Shown: piece after piece, positions 1 through 10,939 of the stretch | Position numbering within the stretch: position 1 is the first letter of the stretch | Layout of the letters: each line of letters begins with the position of its first letter | Origin: an uncultured Desulfospira sp. | GTDB lineage: Bacteria > Desulfobacterota > Desulfobacteria > Desulfobacterales > Desulfobacteraceae | Assembly: GCA_963663165.1 (NCBI GenBank) | Contig: OY760175.1 | Location: 2,112,001 to 2,176,000, forward strand | Direction of reading: 5' to 3' | DNA length: 64,000 bases | Program-made: the position numbers and the translations under genes | The notes under the pieces: generated by a model | Databases searched by the model: none | Told to the model about the DNA's origin: nothing | Seen by the model: the letters and a program-made list of their open reading frames with translations, nothing else

Positions 1-1220
1 CCCATAAAAAAATATTCCGGGTAATTCTGGAACTTGCCGCAAGAGAGGAACCCGCTGACCTGGTCACCGTGGCCAATGCCCTCAAGGAAAAAGGAGAACT
101 GGAAAGTATTGGCGGGGCAGCCTTTCTGTCATCCATATCCGACTCCGCCCCGGTGGCGGTCAATGCGGTCCACTATGCCAAAATCATCCGGGGAAAGGCC
201 ACCCTGCGCCAACTTATAGATGCCTCCAGTAAAATCATTGAACGGTGCATTGAAGACTCAGGGGACACAGCAGACATTATTGAATTTGCCGAATCCACGG
301 TTTTTAAGATTGCCGAAAAAAAAGCCGGGTCCTCTTTTGAAAGCCTTGGAAAGCTCATTAACCTGAACATTGACAAGTTGGAAGAACAGCAGGGAAAAGA
401 CGGCGGATTATCCGGACTGTCCACCGGGTATCCGAGGCTGGACACCATCACTTCAGGGCTCCAGGGCTCAGACCTGATCATCCTCGCGGCCCGGCCCAGT
501 ATGGGAAAAACAGCCTTTGCCCTGAACATTGCCCGGAATGTGGCGTTAGAAGAACGAAAGCCCGTGGGCGTTTTCTCCCTTGAAATGTCCAATGAGCAAC
601 TGTCCATGCGGCTGCTCACGTCAGAGGCCCGGATTGACTCCAACCGGCTTCGCACCGGGTTTATCAGCCGGGATGACTGGACCAATGCCACCCAGGCGGC
701 CGGCCTGCTCAACGATATTCCCATTTTTATCGACGACACCCCCAACATATCGGCCATGGATGTCAGGGCAAAGGCCAGAAAACTGGTCCAGAAGCAGGGA
801 GACTTAGGCCTTATTGTGATTGACTACCTTCAGCTGATGAAAGCCCCGTTTAAGTCGGAAAGAAGGGACCTGGAAATTGCAGAGATCTCCCGTTCCCTCA
901 AAGCCTTGGCCAAAGAGTTGAACGTTCCGGTCATGGCCCTTTCCCAGCTGAACCGGATGCTCGAACAACGGTCGGACAAACGGCCCATGATGTCTGACCT
1001 TCGTGAGTCCGGGGCCCTTGAACAGGATGCCGATATTATAGCGTTTATCTACCGGGATGAAGTTTATAACAAGGAACCGGACAACCCTAAAAAAGGGACG
1101 GCTGAAATCATTGTGGCCAAAAACCGGAACGGTGCCACGGGCACTGCGCTGATGCACTTTCACGGCCCATACACCCGGTTCGAAGAGCTGGCCCCGGACA
1201 GGTACCAGGAATTTCAATGA
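1..1220 (+). CDS. dnaB: Replicative DNA helicase DnaB (5' end outside window)
   Basis: Frame is open from base 3 (HKKIFRVILEL...). Walker A AARPSMGKT, FSLEM, VIDYLQLM, LSQLNR, DLRESGALEQDAD and KNRNG motifs are present. Confidence 0.97.
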   Translation, partial: HKKIFRVILELAAREEPADLVTVANALKEKGELESIGGAAFLSSISDSAPVAVNAVHYAKIIRGKATLRQLIDASSKIIERCIEDSGDTADIIEFAESTVFKIAEKKAGSSFESLGKLINLNIDKLEEQQGKDGGLSGLSTGYPRLDTITSGLQGSDLIILAARPSMGKTAFALNIARNVALEERKPVGVFSLEMSNEQLSMRLLTSEARIDSNRLRTGFISRDDWTNATQAAGLLNDIPIFIDDTPNISAMDVRAKARKLVQKQGDLGLIVIDYLQLMKAPFKSERRDLEIAEISRSLKALAKELNVPVMALSQLNRMLEQRSDKRPMMSDLRESGALEQDADIIAFIYRDEVYNKEPDNPKKGTAEIIVAKNRNGATGTALMHFHGPYTRFEELAPDRYQEFQ

Positions 1221-2854
1221 AAAAAAATGTTTACGGTTCCACAACCGGGCTGAAAAATACCCAGATCAAACGGATCGAAAACCTTTACACCTTCAGCTCC
1301 ACGCCCGACGCTATTCTTTTGCCGGAACTTGCCCGGGAAATGGTGGCCATCAGCTACGAAATCAAGCGCCAGATCGGCATACTTATCGACCGGAACGGAA
1401 AAACCATCTGCGTCATTGCGGGGGATCCCCATAAAATTGTTATTCCAGTCACACCGGACCATATGGCCATTCCAGGCCGCCTTAAAGGGCTTCGGTGTGT
1501 TCATACCCATTTAAAAGACGAACCCCTGACCCGGGATGACCTCACCGATCTTGCCCTGTTGCGCCTGGATTTCATGACCGCCGTCTGCATTACCCCTGAA
1601 GGAACAGCCGGTACCGTATATTCAGCCCACGTCCTTCCCGATGAGACCGGTGAGCCCTACCGGATTCTTAAGCCCGCCTCCATCCTCGAGCTTGACGTCA
1701 ACTGCCATCGCCAGATTAAAGAACTGGAATCCGAACTCAGCCGTAAGAATGCCCTTCACCGGCCTGAATCAGACCTGGAAAATGCCTTTTTGATGAATGC
1801 CGTAACCGACAATCCTGCAGAGGCCAGGGCCTCCATGGAGGAGTTAAAAGAACTGTGCAAAACCAGCCGCATCAATGTGGTGGGAACGGCTGTCCAGCGA
1901 AGGAAGCAGATTGACCCCAAATTTGTTATGGGCAAAGGCAAACTCTCGGACATGATCATCAAGGCCATCCAGCAGTACGCCACCATGCTGGTTTTTGACC
2001 GGGAACTGTCCCCTTCCCAGATCCGTTCCATCACTGATTTTGTTGAGATGAAAGTCATTGACCGGACCCAGCTGATTTTGGATATTTTTGCCAAGCAGGC
2101 AAAATCACGGGAAGGAAAGTTCCAGGTTGAGTTAGCGCAATTAGAATACCTGCTGCCCAGGCTCATCACTAAAAATACAGCCATGTCCCGGCTTACCGGG
2201 GGTATCGGCGGCAGGGGCCCTGGGGAAACCAAGCTTGAAATCAACCGGCGCAGGGTCAGGGACAGAATTGCCGGCCTGAAAAAAGAAATCCTTAAAATCA
2301 GAAAACAGCGCACCCAGCAAAAGGCCAGAAGAAAACGGAAAAACCTGCCGGTCATATCCATTGTCGGGTATACCAATGCGGGCAAATCCACCCTGTTAAA
2401 CACCTTAACCCAAAGCGACATCATTGCGGCGGACAGGCTGTTTGCCACCTTGGACCCCTCTTCAAGGCGGCTTCGGTTTCCCAAAGATGTGGAAGTCATT
2501 ATCACCGATACCGTAGGGTTTATCCACAACTTGCCAAAAGAACTGATGGAGGCGTTCAATGCCACATTAGAAGAACTTGAAGACGCAGATCTTCTCCTTC
2601 ATGTGATTGACATCTCCAATCCCAGGTACATGCAGCAAAAGGACTCTGTAGAAAAAATCTTAAAGGATCTGGAACTTGACAAAACGCCAAGCCTTTATGT
2701 GTTTAATAAAATTGATCGGGTCAACATGGACGAATTTGATAACAAATGGCTGTTAAACCAGGGGGTTCCCGTATCTGCAACCGACCGGAAAAGCCTTGCC
2801 CCCCTCATTGAAAAACTTGAATCCATGATCAGCCTTTCCCCTTCTTTTCTCTAA
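1217..2854 (+). CDS. hflX: GTPase HflX, long form with N-terminal extension
   Basis: DRTQLILDIFA, QVELAQLEY, GGIGGRGPGETKLE, GYTNAGKST, LFATLDP, DTVGF and NKID motifs. ATGA overlap with dnaB. Confidence 0.96.
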   Translation: MKKNVYGSTTGLKNTQIKRIENLYTFSSTPDAILLPELAREMVAISYEIKRQIGILIDRNGKTICVIAGDPHKIVIPVTPDHMAIPGRLKGLRCVHTHLKDEPLTRDDLTDLALLRLDFMTAVCITPEGTAGTVYSAHVLPDETGEPYRILKPASILELDVNCHRQIKELESELSRKNALHRPESDLENAFLMNAVTDNPAEARASMEELKELCKTSRINVVGTAVQRRKQIDPKFVMGKGKLSDMIIKAIQQYATMLVFDRELSPSQIRSITDFVEMKVIDRTQLILDIFAKQAKSREGKFQVELAQLEYLLPRLITKNTAMSRLTGGIGGRGPGETKLEINRRRVRDRIAGLKKEILKIRKQRTQQKARRKRKNLPVISIVGYTNAGKSTLLNTLTQSDIIAADRLFATLDPSSRRLRFPKDVEVIITDTVGFIHNLPKELMEAFNATLEELEDADLLLHVIDISNPRYMQQKDSVEKILKDLELDKTPSLYVFNKIDRVNMDEFDNKWLLNQGVPVSATDRKSLAPLIEKLESMISLSPSFL

Positions 2855-2861
2855 ATCCTTT

Positions 2862-2969
2862 GTAACTGTTCAGCAGTGCCCCATCTTCGCTCATTCAGGT
2901 CTTCTCACATAGCAAAAGTATGCTACGAAGACCTGACTAAACAAATATGAAGCACTGATGAACAGTTAC
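2862..2969. repeat. 108-bp palindromic MITE/REP-like element
   Basis: Perfect 11-bp terminal inverted repeat GTAACTGTTCA / TGAACAGTTAC, extended by CAGTGC/GCACTG. Inner arms TCAGGTCTTC/GAAGACCTGA. Confidence 0.8.
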
Positions 2970-3149
2970 GGACCTGATTTTTGCTTATTTTTAGCATTAG
3001 CTGAATATAGTCCTTTTTACTGTTTTAATGCCGATGTTTAAATTCAAATCGGCGGCCATTGGAGAATTGGAAATTTTTAACGATTTTACTGTTGACCATT
3101 TATTTGTTTTCAATTACATATGACAAAATTCTTATGAGGCGGACTGACT

Positions 3150-3371
3150 ATGGAACTAAACTTAACCGATGACTTTTTCACCGATCCTTACGTTAAAAGG
3201 GATTCTCTGGATATCCCTGAATGCTTTGGAGATTATGATAAACACAAGAAATTATGTTCAACCTATTGTGCCCTTTCCATTCAATGCTGTGTTCTGCATG
3301 CCAGGAACCCGGGCATTGATATACTTGAAAAACTTTTAATCAACAATCAGTACGCCATCAAAATAAACTAG
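3150..3371 (+). CDS. Small cysteine-rich hypothetical protein (73 aa)
   Basis: ATG with GAGGCGG RBS. Pattern C-x10-C-x3-C-x5-CC. Fills the gap between hflX and a convergent gene. Confidence 0.7.
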   Translation: MELNLTDDFFTDPYVKRDSLDIPECFGDYDKHKKLCSTYCALSIQCCVLHARNPGIDILEKLLINNQYAIKIN

Positions 3372-3485
3372 CCCGGACAGCTCCCCCCCCTATCTGTTCG
3401 TCTGCTTTCGGGCAATCCGTTCCTCTAAAATCTTAAGCTTCCCATAAAAAGACCGTTAAGGTGTAACATATACCGGACAACCATT

Positions 3486-4853
3486 TTACAAAAAAATCTT
3501 TCCGGGATTAAGAATATGATGAGGATCAAACACCTTTTTGATTTCTTTCATCAGTGCCAGTTCCGTTGAACCGATTTCCCTGGGAAGGTATTTCTTTTTC
3601 GTCAGTCCCACCCCATGCTCACCGGTAATGGTCCCACCAAGTCCAAGAGCCGCACCAAACAAATCATCAACCGCCTGGTTTGCCCTTTTAAACTGATTTT
3701 CATCCCCAGGGTCATACATGACATTGCAGTGAAGATTTCCGTCCCCGGCGTGGCCAAAACAGACCAGGGGCAAGTCATATTGTTTCTGGATCTCACCGGC
3801 GGCCCGAACCATGGCCGGTATCTTTGAAATCGGGACCACAATATCTTCGTTCAGTTTGCTGCCGCGAATTTTATAAAGGAGTGGAGAAAGCGCCTTTCTG
3901 GCCTTCCAAAGACTTTGTGCCTGCAAGCTGTCCTTTGCATGGATCATGTCCAATGCGCCGGACTGTCTGCAAAAGGTTTCTATTTGCCGGGACTGCCTGT
4001 CAACGGCCTCGCCATTCCCGTCCACTTCAAGAATGAGCATGGCCCGGGCCCCGGGGGTAATGTCAAAGTCCAAGCTGTTTTGAACCAGCTTAAGGCAGGC
4101 ATGATCCAGGTATTCAACACACCGCGGCACAATGGCCTGTTTCATAATCCCGGAAACGGCTTTGGCGGCCTGGTCTGCATTCTTAAAAAACACAGCCATT
4201 GTTTTAACCTGTTCGGGTTTGGCCAGCAACCGAAGGGTCACCTGGGTCACAAAAGCCAGGGTCCCTTCAGATCCCACGATGAGCCGGGTTAAATCATACC
4301 CGGCAACCCCCTTGGCTGTGCATACGCCGGTCTGAATTGTTTCGCCTGAAGCCAGCAAGGCTTTAAGCCCCAAAACATAATCCCGGGTAACGCCGTATTT
4401 AACCGCCCTTGGACCGCCGGCGCACTCCCCAATATTTCCGCCAATGGTGCAGACCGATGAACTGGCCGGGTCCGGCGGATAGAACAGCCCCTGTTTTTCC
4501 ACTGCGTTATGGAATTTTTCTAAAATGACACCAGGCTCAACCCTGGCCGTGAAGTTATCCTTATCAATTTCAAGAATCCGGTTCATGCGGCTGGTCACCA
4601 TGACAATCCCGCCCTGAACCGGCACGCCCCCCCCCGTCATTCCCGATCCGCTTCCCCTGGGGATCACTGGGATACGGTGTTTTGAAGCAAAATGTAATAC
4701 CCGGGCTGCCTGATCGTGGGTTTGAGGAAAGACAACGGCAGAAGGCAGAAAAGACCTGCCGGAGGCATCGTAGGCGTAACAGACAAGTTCTTCGGTTTCA
4801 GTGGTGACCCCGTCCGGTCCGGTTATGGGCTTAAGGTCCTCATAAAGTCCCAT
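3486..4853 (-). CDS. glcD: FAD-linked oxidase, glycolate oxidase GlcD / D-lactate dehydrogenase family
   Basis: PRGSGSGMTGG, FYPPDPAS, GGPRAVKYGVTRDYV, GSEGTL, GHAGDGNLH, GEHGVG and LNPGK motifs. Confidence 0.9.
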   Translation of the reverse strand: MGLYEDLKPITGPDGVTTETEELVCYAYDASGRSFLPSAVVFPQTHDQAARVLHFASKHRIPVIPRGSGSGMTGGGVPVQGGIVMVTSRMNRILEIDKDNFTARVEPGVILEKFHNAVEKQGLFYPPDPASSSVCTIGGNIGECAGGPRAVKYGVTRDYVLGLKALLASGETIQTGVCTAKGVAGYDLTRLIVGSEGTLAFVTQVTLRLLAKPEQVKTMAVFFKNADQAAKAVSGIMKQAIVPRCVEYLDHACLKLVQNSLDFDITPGARAMLILEVDGNGEAVDRQSRQIETFCRQSGALDMIHAKDSLQAQSLWKARKALSPLLYKIRGSKLNEDIVVPISKIPAMVRAAGEIQKQYDLPLVCFGHAGDGNLHCNVMYDPGDENQFKRANQAVDDLFGAALGLGGTITGEHGVGLTKKKYLPREIGSTELALMKEIKKVFDPHHILNPGKIFL

Positions 4854-6236
4854 TTAATACTTGCCGGATTCAAGTTTTTCAGAAAGATAGTTGATCTGTT
4901 CAAAAAGAACGCCTTTATGTTTCATTTCCTTTTCAACGGCATTCACAGAATAAATGGCCGTGGCATGGTACCGCTTAAAACTGGAACCGATTTTTTTGAT
5001 GGGCAGGTCCGTGTATTTTTTGGCCAGGAACATGGCCACCTGCCGGGGCCTGACAATTTTTTTCTTCCTGGACTTGGAGATAATCTCTTTGGGGGTAACG
5101 GCAAACTCACGGCAGACCAGCTCTTTGATCAGTTCAATGGTAATCCGTTTTCTTTGCTGGGTAAGGTTGGCCAGAACACTTTTGGCAAGATGGATATCAA
5201 TGTTCTGCTTCATGATCTCACCTTTTGCCGCCACACCGAACAACCCGCTTTCCAATTGTCTTACATCATCGCAAAGTTCCTGGGCAATATACTCAATAAC
5301 ATCGGTTGGAATTATGCAACAAAGGGGTTCGGCCTTTTTCTTGAGAATCTTTACCCGGGTATTGAAATCCGGTGTGCTGATTTCAGTAATCAGTCCCATG
5401 CTCAGCCTGGACTTGAGCTGCTCGTTGAGTTTGGGAATATCATCGGGCCGTTCGCAGCCGGAAAAAATAATTTTTTTATCGGCGTCCAGAAGGTAATCCA
5501 GGGTAATGGCCAGTTCATTTTGAATCGCCATTTTGCCGGCAAGGAAATGAATGTCTTCAAGGATCAGGACATCACACTGGGTTCTGTACTTTTCCTTGAA
5601 TTTTTCAATCCGGCTGGTTTTGAGGGCCGAAATCATTTCATTGGTAAAATCTTCAGCTGTCACATAGTAAACCCTGGAGCTTAACCCGCTGGAGATAATA
5701 TGGTGGCCGGCGGCCTGGGACAGATGACTTTTTCCAAGCCCGGTTTTTCCGAGAAGATAAAGAATTCCGGCTCCGTTAATGGTGCCTTTGGCAAGAGAAA
5801 GAGAGGCTGAATAGGCAAAACTTGAATTGTCCCCGACCACAAAATCATCAAAGGTATACCCTTTTTTCATCATCCGTCCGTTCATAAAGCACGAATCAAA
5901 TCCCGGCAGCGCCGTCTGGAAGGCTTTAGGGGTTTTGATAGGGATGGCCGGATGCCCGCCGTTCACCGGGGCCTGATTTTTTTTGGGGTTCCTTTCCTGT
6001 GTCTTAAATTCGATTTTAACATCCTGGCCCAATTTAACGAATTCATTCTGAAAAACCTCAAGGTAATTTTCCTTTAACCGCCTGGTAAAGAATTCGTTGG
6101 GAGCAGACAAACACACCAGATTCTCATCAAACGTTAACAATTCTACAGGATCAATCCACATCCGATAGCTGTGGTCCGGAATCGTTTGCCTGATTTGAGA
6201 TTTAATTTTCGTCCAGAAAGATTCAATATTTTCCAA
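4854..6236 (-). CDS. dnaA: Chromosomal replication initiator DnaA family protein (probably a second paralog)
   Basis: YTFDDFVVG, Walker A GKTGLGKSHL, YVTAEDFTNE, DVRQLES and PRQVAMFL motifs. TTG start with AAGGGAAGG RBS. Confidence 0.92.
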   Translation of the reverse strand: MENIESFWTKIKSQIRQTIPDHSYRMWIDPVELLTFDENLVCLSAPNEFFTRRLKENYLEVFQNEFVKLGQDVKIEFKTQERNPKKNQAPVNGGHPAIPIKTPKAFQTALPGFDSCFMNGRMMKKGYTFDDFVVGDNSSFAYSASLSLAKGTINGAGILYLLGKTGLGKSHLSQAAGHHIISSGLSSRVYYVTAEDFTNEMISALKTSRIEKFKEKYRTQCDVLILEDIHFLAGKMAIQNELAITLDYLLDADKKIIFSGCERPDDIPKLNEQLKSRLSMGLITEISTPDFNTRVKILKKKAEPLCCIIPTDVIEYIAQELCDDVRQLESGLFGVAAKGEIMKQNIDIHLAKSVLANLTQQRKRITIELIKELVCREFAVTPKEIISKSRKKKIVRPRQVAMFLAKKYTDLPIKKIGSSFKRYHATAIYSVNAVEKEMKHKGVLFEQINYLSEKLESGKY

Positions 6237-7020
6237 AAATACCCTTCCCTTTCTTTAAACAGAATTCTAGTGAATAGCTCAATTGTTCCGAATTATAAAT
6301 ACGGTATTGAAAAAACTTCAGATCGAATAAATTGTAACTGATTTTCTATTCGAATATTTTTTCCGGGTCAAATCTGATCTCAAGTGTTAGACCATCATTA
6401 GATTTTTATTTGGCATGTTTTTTCAACTTATTATTTTCATTATTTTTTTTTGTGAAACACTTTATTTTCCAAAAAATTACAGCCATTTCCCCAACCCCCT
6501 ATTTTTTCAAGATTTTTATATCAAGTTACATTTTTATTCCACTTACGATAAAAATAAATACTCCGATTTCCGTTAATTACCTTCGATTTTCTTGAAATTA
6601 TGCATTTTTAAATTCTTTTTCCCAAACTTTTTATGGACAAGGGTTTCACAATTTTCTTGACGATATCGGCCACCCCGGCCAACTCCCCTAATGGTGCGGG
6701 TATGCATCATCGGGACTGATATCAGGGCATTAAAGGATTCGAAAATGTAAATTTTTCCTCACTTTTCAACTCAATATAACGGCCACGGGCCGCCTTGGTT
6801 ATCCAACCAGGAACCGCCCACAACGAATAATGAGACTGAAGATACCAGCAACGGTAGACTATAAACTGGGCACCGCAGGTGCTTCGCCCTCTTGTCTCTT
6901 GTTTCTTGTTTCCAGTTTCTTATAAAAGGGGCATGGGTATTGAAGCGAAGGATGCTTGCAGGGTTCGGCCCACCTATAGTATATAATTATCTTTACCAAC
7001 ACCATAAATTCAGGAAACAT

Positions 7021-8043
7021 ATGACTTCAACTGCTGCTCGGCCTGTCATCGGCATTACCATGGGAGACCCGTTTGGCGTCGGCCCGGAAATTCTTGTAAA
7101 AGCGCTGGCTGACCCTGATCTGTATACCATCTGCAGGCCTTTCATCATCGGGGACTGCTCAATCATGGAAAAAGCCTTAACCTTCTCACCTGTCTCAATG
7201 GCTATCCATTCTGTGAAAACGCCGGATCAGGGCCTTTACAAATTTCAAAATCTTGATATCCTCAACCTGTCCGCATTGGACCCGGATATTCCGGAAGGCC
7301 CCACCGTTGAATCCGGGAAAGCGGTTGAGACCTATATCCTTCATGCTACGGACCTGGCCATTAAAAAAAAAATGGCCGCCCTGGTCACCTGCCCTATTAC
7401 CAAAACAGGCCTTAAGCTTGCCGGATCAAAATTTCACGGCCATACCGAGCTGATTGCCGACCGGACCGGGACCCGGACATTCTCCATGATGCTGGCCGGC
7501 AAAACCCTTAAAGTGGTTTTGGTTACCATTCACATACCGCTTCTTAAAGTTCCCGGGGCACTGACTGTTGAAGCTGTCCTTGAAACCATACGGCTGACCT
7601 GGACGTCATTGAAAGACCGGTTTGGGATTCAGAAACCAAAGCTTGCTGTGGCCGGCCTCAATCCCCATGCCGGTGAAGATTCCATGTTCGGAAGCGAAGA
7701 TGAAAAAATTATTCTGCCTGCGGTTGAAACTGCAGCCAAAGGCGGCATGGACATCAAGGGGCCGATGCCACCGGATACCGTTTTTTACCATGCCGCACAG
7801 GGGCGGTTTGATGCGGTTGTCTGCATGTACCATGACCAGGGCCTGATCCCGTTTAAGCTGCTGCACTTTAAGGACGGCGTCAATACCACGCTCGGGCTTC
7901 CCATTATCCGGACATCCGTAGATCACGGCACCGCCTATGATATTGCATGGAAAGGCTTGGCAGATCCGACATCCCTGAAAGAGGCCATCAAAATGGCCGT
8001 TCATCAGGCCAATGTGCAAGCCGCCATGAATCCTTCCAGGTAA
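7021..8043 (+). CDS. pdxA: 4-hydroxythreonine-4-phosphate dehydrogenase
   Basis: [36 protein letters not shown] and [10 protein letters not shown] motifs. ATG at 7021 preferred over the longer ORF start. Confidence 0.95.
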   Translation: MTSTAARPVIGITMGDPFGVGPEILVKALADPDLYTICRPFIIGDCSIMEKALTFSPVSMAIHSVKTPDQGLYKFQNLDILNLSALDPDIPEGPTVESGKAVETYILHATDLAIKKKMAALVTCPITKTGLKLAGSKFHGHTELIADRTGTRTFSMMLAGKTLKVVLVTIHIPLLKVPGALTVEAVLETIRLTWTSLKDRFGIQKPKLAVAGLNPHAGEDSMFGSEDEKIILPAVETAAKGGMDIKGPMPPDTVFYHAAQGRFDAVVCMYHDQGLIPFKLLHFKDGVNTTLGLPIIRTSVDHGTAYDIAWKGLADPTSLKEAIKMAVHQANVQAAMNPSR

Positions 8044-8061
8044 CGAAGCCGGAACATTGCC

Positions 8062-10920
8062 ATGACGCCTGAAAATATCACCATCCAGGGGGCACGACAG
8101 CACAACCTTAAAAACATCAGTGTCGATATTCCCAGAAACAGCCTCACGGTTCTTACCGGGCTTTCAGGGTCTGGAAAGTCCACCCTGGCATTTGACACCC
8201 TTTATGCCGAAGGGCAGCGCCGGTATGTGGAATCCCTTTCAAGTTACGCCCGGCAGTTCTTGGGCCAGATGGATAAACCCGATGTGGATTCGGTCATCGG
8301 CCTGTCCCCGGCCATCGCCATTGAGCAAAAGGCTGGCAGCCACAACCCGAGATCCACGGTTGGAACCATAACGGAAATATATGATTTTTTAAGGCTTTTA
8401 TTTGCCAGGGCCGGCACCCCCTTTTGCCATCAATGCGGCAAGCCCATTGCGTCCATGTCCATCGACCAGATCTGTGACCAGATCTTGGAGATGGAAGAAA
8501 AAACCAGAATCATTCTTCTTTCCCCCATGGTCAGGCAGCAGAAAGGAACCCACCAGAAACTGCTGGCAAGGATCAAAAAGGATGGATTTGCACGGGTAAG
8601 GGTAGACCATGAGATTCTTTTAATGGAAGATATTAAGCCCCTTGAAAAAAACAAACCCCATTCCATTGATATTGTTGTTGACCGGCTGGTCATTAAACCG
8701 GGAATTGAAAAACGGCTGACCGATTCTCTTGAGTTGGCCCTGTCCATGTCTCAGGGAACCGTATCCGTTCTTGACCTTAACCTTAAAAAAGAAAGCCTCT
8801 TCAGTGAAGCAGCGGCCTGCCCGACCTGCCATATCAGCTACCCCGAATTTACACCGGCAAATTTCTCTTTTAACTCTCCTCACGGGGCCTGTGAAGCCTG
8901 TGACGGTTTAGGAACAGTTCTCGAATTTGACCCGGATCTGATTGTTCCGGACCCTGACATATCCTTGCGGCAAGGTGCCGTACTGGTCTGGCAGAATAGG
9001 GATTCTGTCCAGTTCATGGAATTTCTGGATGCCCTGACCGCCCATTTTCAGGAAGATATTTACAAACCATTCAAAGACCTATCCCTTGAGTTTAGACAGG
9101 TCATTTTTTACGGGTCAGGAAATAAGAAAATTCCCTTTTATGTAGAGCGGGCCGGAAAAAAAATCACCTATAAAAAAGAATTCGAAGGGGTGATCCCGGG
9201 CCTTAAGCGCCGGTATAAGGAAACCCGCTCAAGCCTGGTCAGGGATGATCTTCAACGGTATATCAGTTTTACCCCATGCCCAAGCTGCAAGGGAACCCGT
9301 CTGAATGCTGCCGCCCGTTCCGTAAAGGTAGAAGAAAAGACCATTGGGGAGATTTCAAACTTGTCCATCCTGGAGGCAGCCCGTTTTTTTTCCTCTCTTA
9401 ATTTACCCATGAAAGACCGTCCTATTGCGCTTCCCATTTTACAGGAAATAAAGAAACGGCTTGAATTCTTAGAAAACGTCGGGCTTGAATACCTGACCAT
9501 AGACCGGGCTGCCGCCACCCTCTCCGGCGGTGAAAGCCAGAGAATCCGGCTGGCAACTCAGATTGGCTCCATGCTCACAGGGGTTCTTTATGTGTTGGAC
9601 GAACCCAGCATCGGCCTGCATCAAAGGGATAATGCCAGACTGTTAAAAACGCTTCTGGATCTAAAAAATTTTGGCAATACCGTTCTGGTAGTAGAACATG
9701 ATGAGGATACCATAAGGGCAGCCGATCATATCATTGATATTGGACCGGGAGCAGGGATCAACGGTGGAGAAATTATGTTTTCCGGCCCCCCTGAGGACCT
9801 GATCCGGAACGGGGAACAGTCATTGACCGGCCAGTATTTATCCGGAAAAAAACAAATCCTGTATGGAAAAACCCGTAGATCCGGGACCGGTAATTCAGTC
9901 ACCATTTTTAAAGCCTGCGCCCATAACCTGAAACATATTGATGTCTCATTTCCCATAGGGTGTTTGACCTGTGTTACGGGGGTATCGGGTTCAGGCAAAT
10001 CCACACTGATTTTATCTACGCTTTACCCGGCCCTGTCCAATAAATTCAACCGTACCCGCAAAAGGGTTGGAAAACATGAAAAAATAGCCGGACTTGAGGC
10101 CCTTGAAAAAGTAATCCACATTGACCAGTCTCCCATAGGAAGAACCCCGAGATCAAATCCAGCCACCTATACCCAGGTTTTTAATTTGGTGCGTGAGTTA
10201 TTTGCCAAAACCCCTGAAGCCAGGGAAAGGGGCTACAAATCAGGACGGTTCAGCTTTAATATCAAAGGGGGAAGGTGTGAGGCCTGTTCCGGAGACGGAA
10301 TAAAAAAAATTGAAATGCATTTTCTTCCGGATGTATACGTCATATGCGATGTCTGTAAAGGAAAGCGGTATAACCGGGAGACCCTTGAAATAAAATACAA
10401 GGGGTTAAATATTGCCCAGGTCATGGACATGACCATTAATCAGGCCCTTTCCTTTTTTGATAAAATAGGGACCATCAAAAGCAAACTGGAAACCTTAAAC
10501 CGGGTAGGACTAGGGTATATCAAGCTTGGGCAGCCGGCCACAACCCTTTCAGGGGGGGAGGCCCAAAGAATTAAACTTGCCCGGGAATTGTCTTATAGAA
10601 ACAGTGGAAAAACCATCTATGTTTTAGATGAGCCGACCACCGGCCTGCATCCCGATGATATCAATAAATTGATGGCTGTTCTCAATGAACTGGTTGATTC
10701 AGGCAACACGCTAATTGTGATTGAACACAACCTGGATGTAATTAAATGTGCTGACCATATCATCGATTTAGGCCCTGAAGGCGGGGATAAAGGCGGGTAT
10801 ATAGTAGCAACCGGAACCCCTGAGGAAATTGCACAAAATAAAAAATCCTATACTGGATGTTATCTTGAGAAAGTGCTTAACCGTGAAAAAAATAAAAATG
10901 GCACAAAACCGGAAATTTAA
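8062..10920 (+). CDS. uvrA: Excinuclease ABC subunit A
   Basis: GARQHNLKN, two Walker A motifs ([16 protein letters not shown]), two LSGGE signatures and zinc-finger cysteines. Confidence 0.98.
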   Translation: MTPENITIQGARQHNLKNISVDIPRNSLTVLTGLSGSGKSTLAFDTLYAEGQRRYVESLSSYARQFLGQMDKPDVDSVIGLSPAIAIEQKAGSHNPRSTVGTITEIYDFLRLLFARAGTPFCHQCGKPIASMSIDQICDQILEMEEKTRIILLSPMVRQQKGTHQKLLARIKKDGFARVRVDHEILLMEDIKPLEKNKPHSIDIVVDRLVIKPGIEKRLTDSLELALSMSQGTVSVLDLNLKKESLFSEAAACPTCHISYPEFTPANFSFNSPHGACEACDGLGTVLEFDPDLIVPDPDISLRQGAVLVWQNRDSVQFMEFLDALTAHFQEDIYKPFKDLSLEFRQVIFYGSGNKKIPFYVERAGKKITYKKEFEGVIPGLKRRYKETRSSLVRDDLQRYISFTPCPSCKGTRLNAAARSVKVEEKTIGEISNLSILEAARFFSSLNLPMKDRPIALPILQEIKKRLEFLENVGLEYLTIDRAAATLSGGESQRIRLATQIGSMLTGVLYVLDEPSIGLHQRDNARLLKTLLDLKNFGNTVLVVEHDEDTIRAADHIIDIGPGAGINGGEIMFSGPPEDLIRNGEQSLTGQYLSGKKQILYGKTRRSGTGNSVTIFKACAHNLKHIDVSFPIGCLTCVTGVSGSGKSTLILSTLYPALSNKFNRTRKRVGKHEKIAGLEALEKVIHIDQSPIGRTPRSNPATYTQVFNLVRELFAKTPEARERGYKSGRFSFNIKGGRCEACSGDGIKKIEMHFLPDVYVICDVCKGKRYNRETLEIKYKGLNIAQVMDMTINQALSFFDKIGTIKSKLETLNRVGLGYIKLGQPATTLSGGEAQRIKLARELSYRNSGKTIYVLDEPTTGLHPDDINKLMAVLNELVDSGNTLIVIEHNLDVIKCADHIIDLGPEGGDKGGYIVATGTPEEIAQNKKSYTGCYLEKVLNREKNKNGTKPEI

Positions 10921-10939
10921 TACATAACATGGGGGATAT

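Noticed and set aside
4627..4635. C9 tract in glcD, and the C8 tract at 59327-59334 in the DegT gene, as phase-variation sites
   Set aside because: Both are in frame and encode glycine runs. There is no evidence of switching.
4716..5684. 322-aa plus-strand ORF and other long antisense ORFs over dnaB, hflX, pdxA and uvrA
   Set aside because: Shadow frames opposite well-supported genes, with no recognisable motifs.
6869..6885. GG-N10-GC pattern upstream of pdxA as a sigma54 promoter
   Set aside because: Flanking consensus bases (TGGCAC...TTGC) are imperfect, so a chance match is likely.
6237..7020. AT-rich gap upstream of dnaA as oriC, and the 61-aa ORF at 6410-6595
   Set aside because: No perfect DnaA boxes were seen (best about 7/9) and rrn orientation argues against an origin. 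The ORF is low-complexity F/I-rich sequence.
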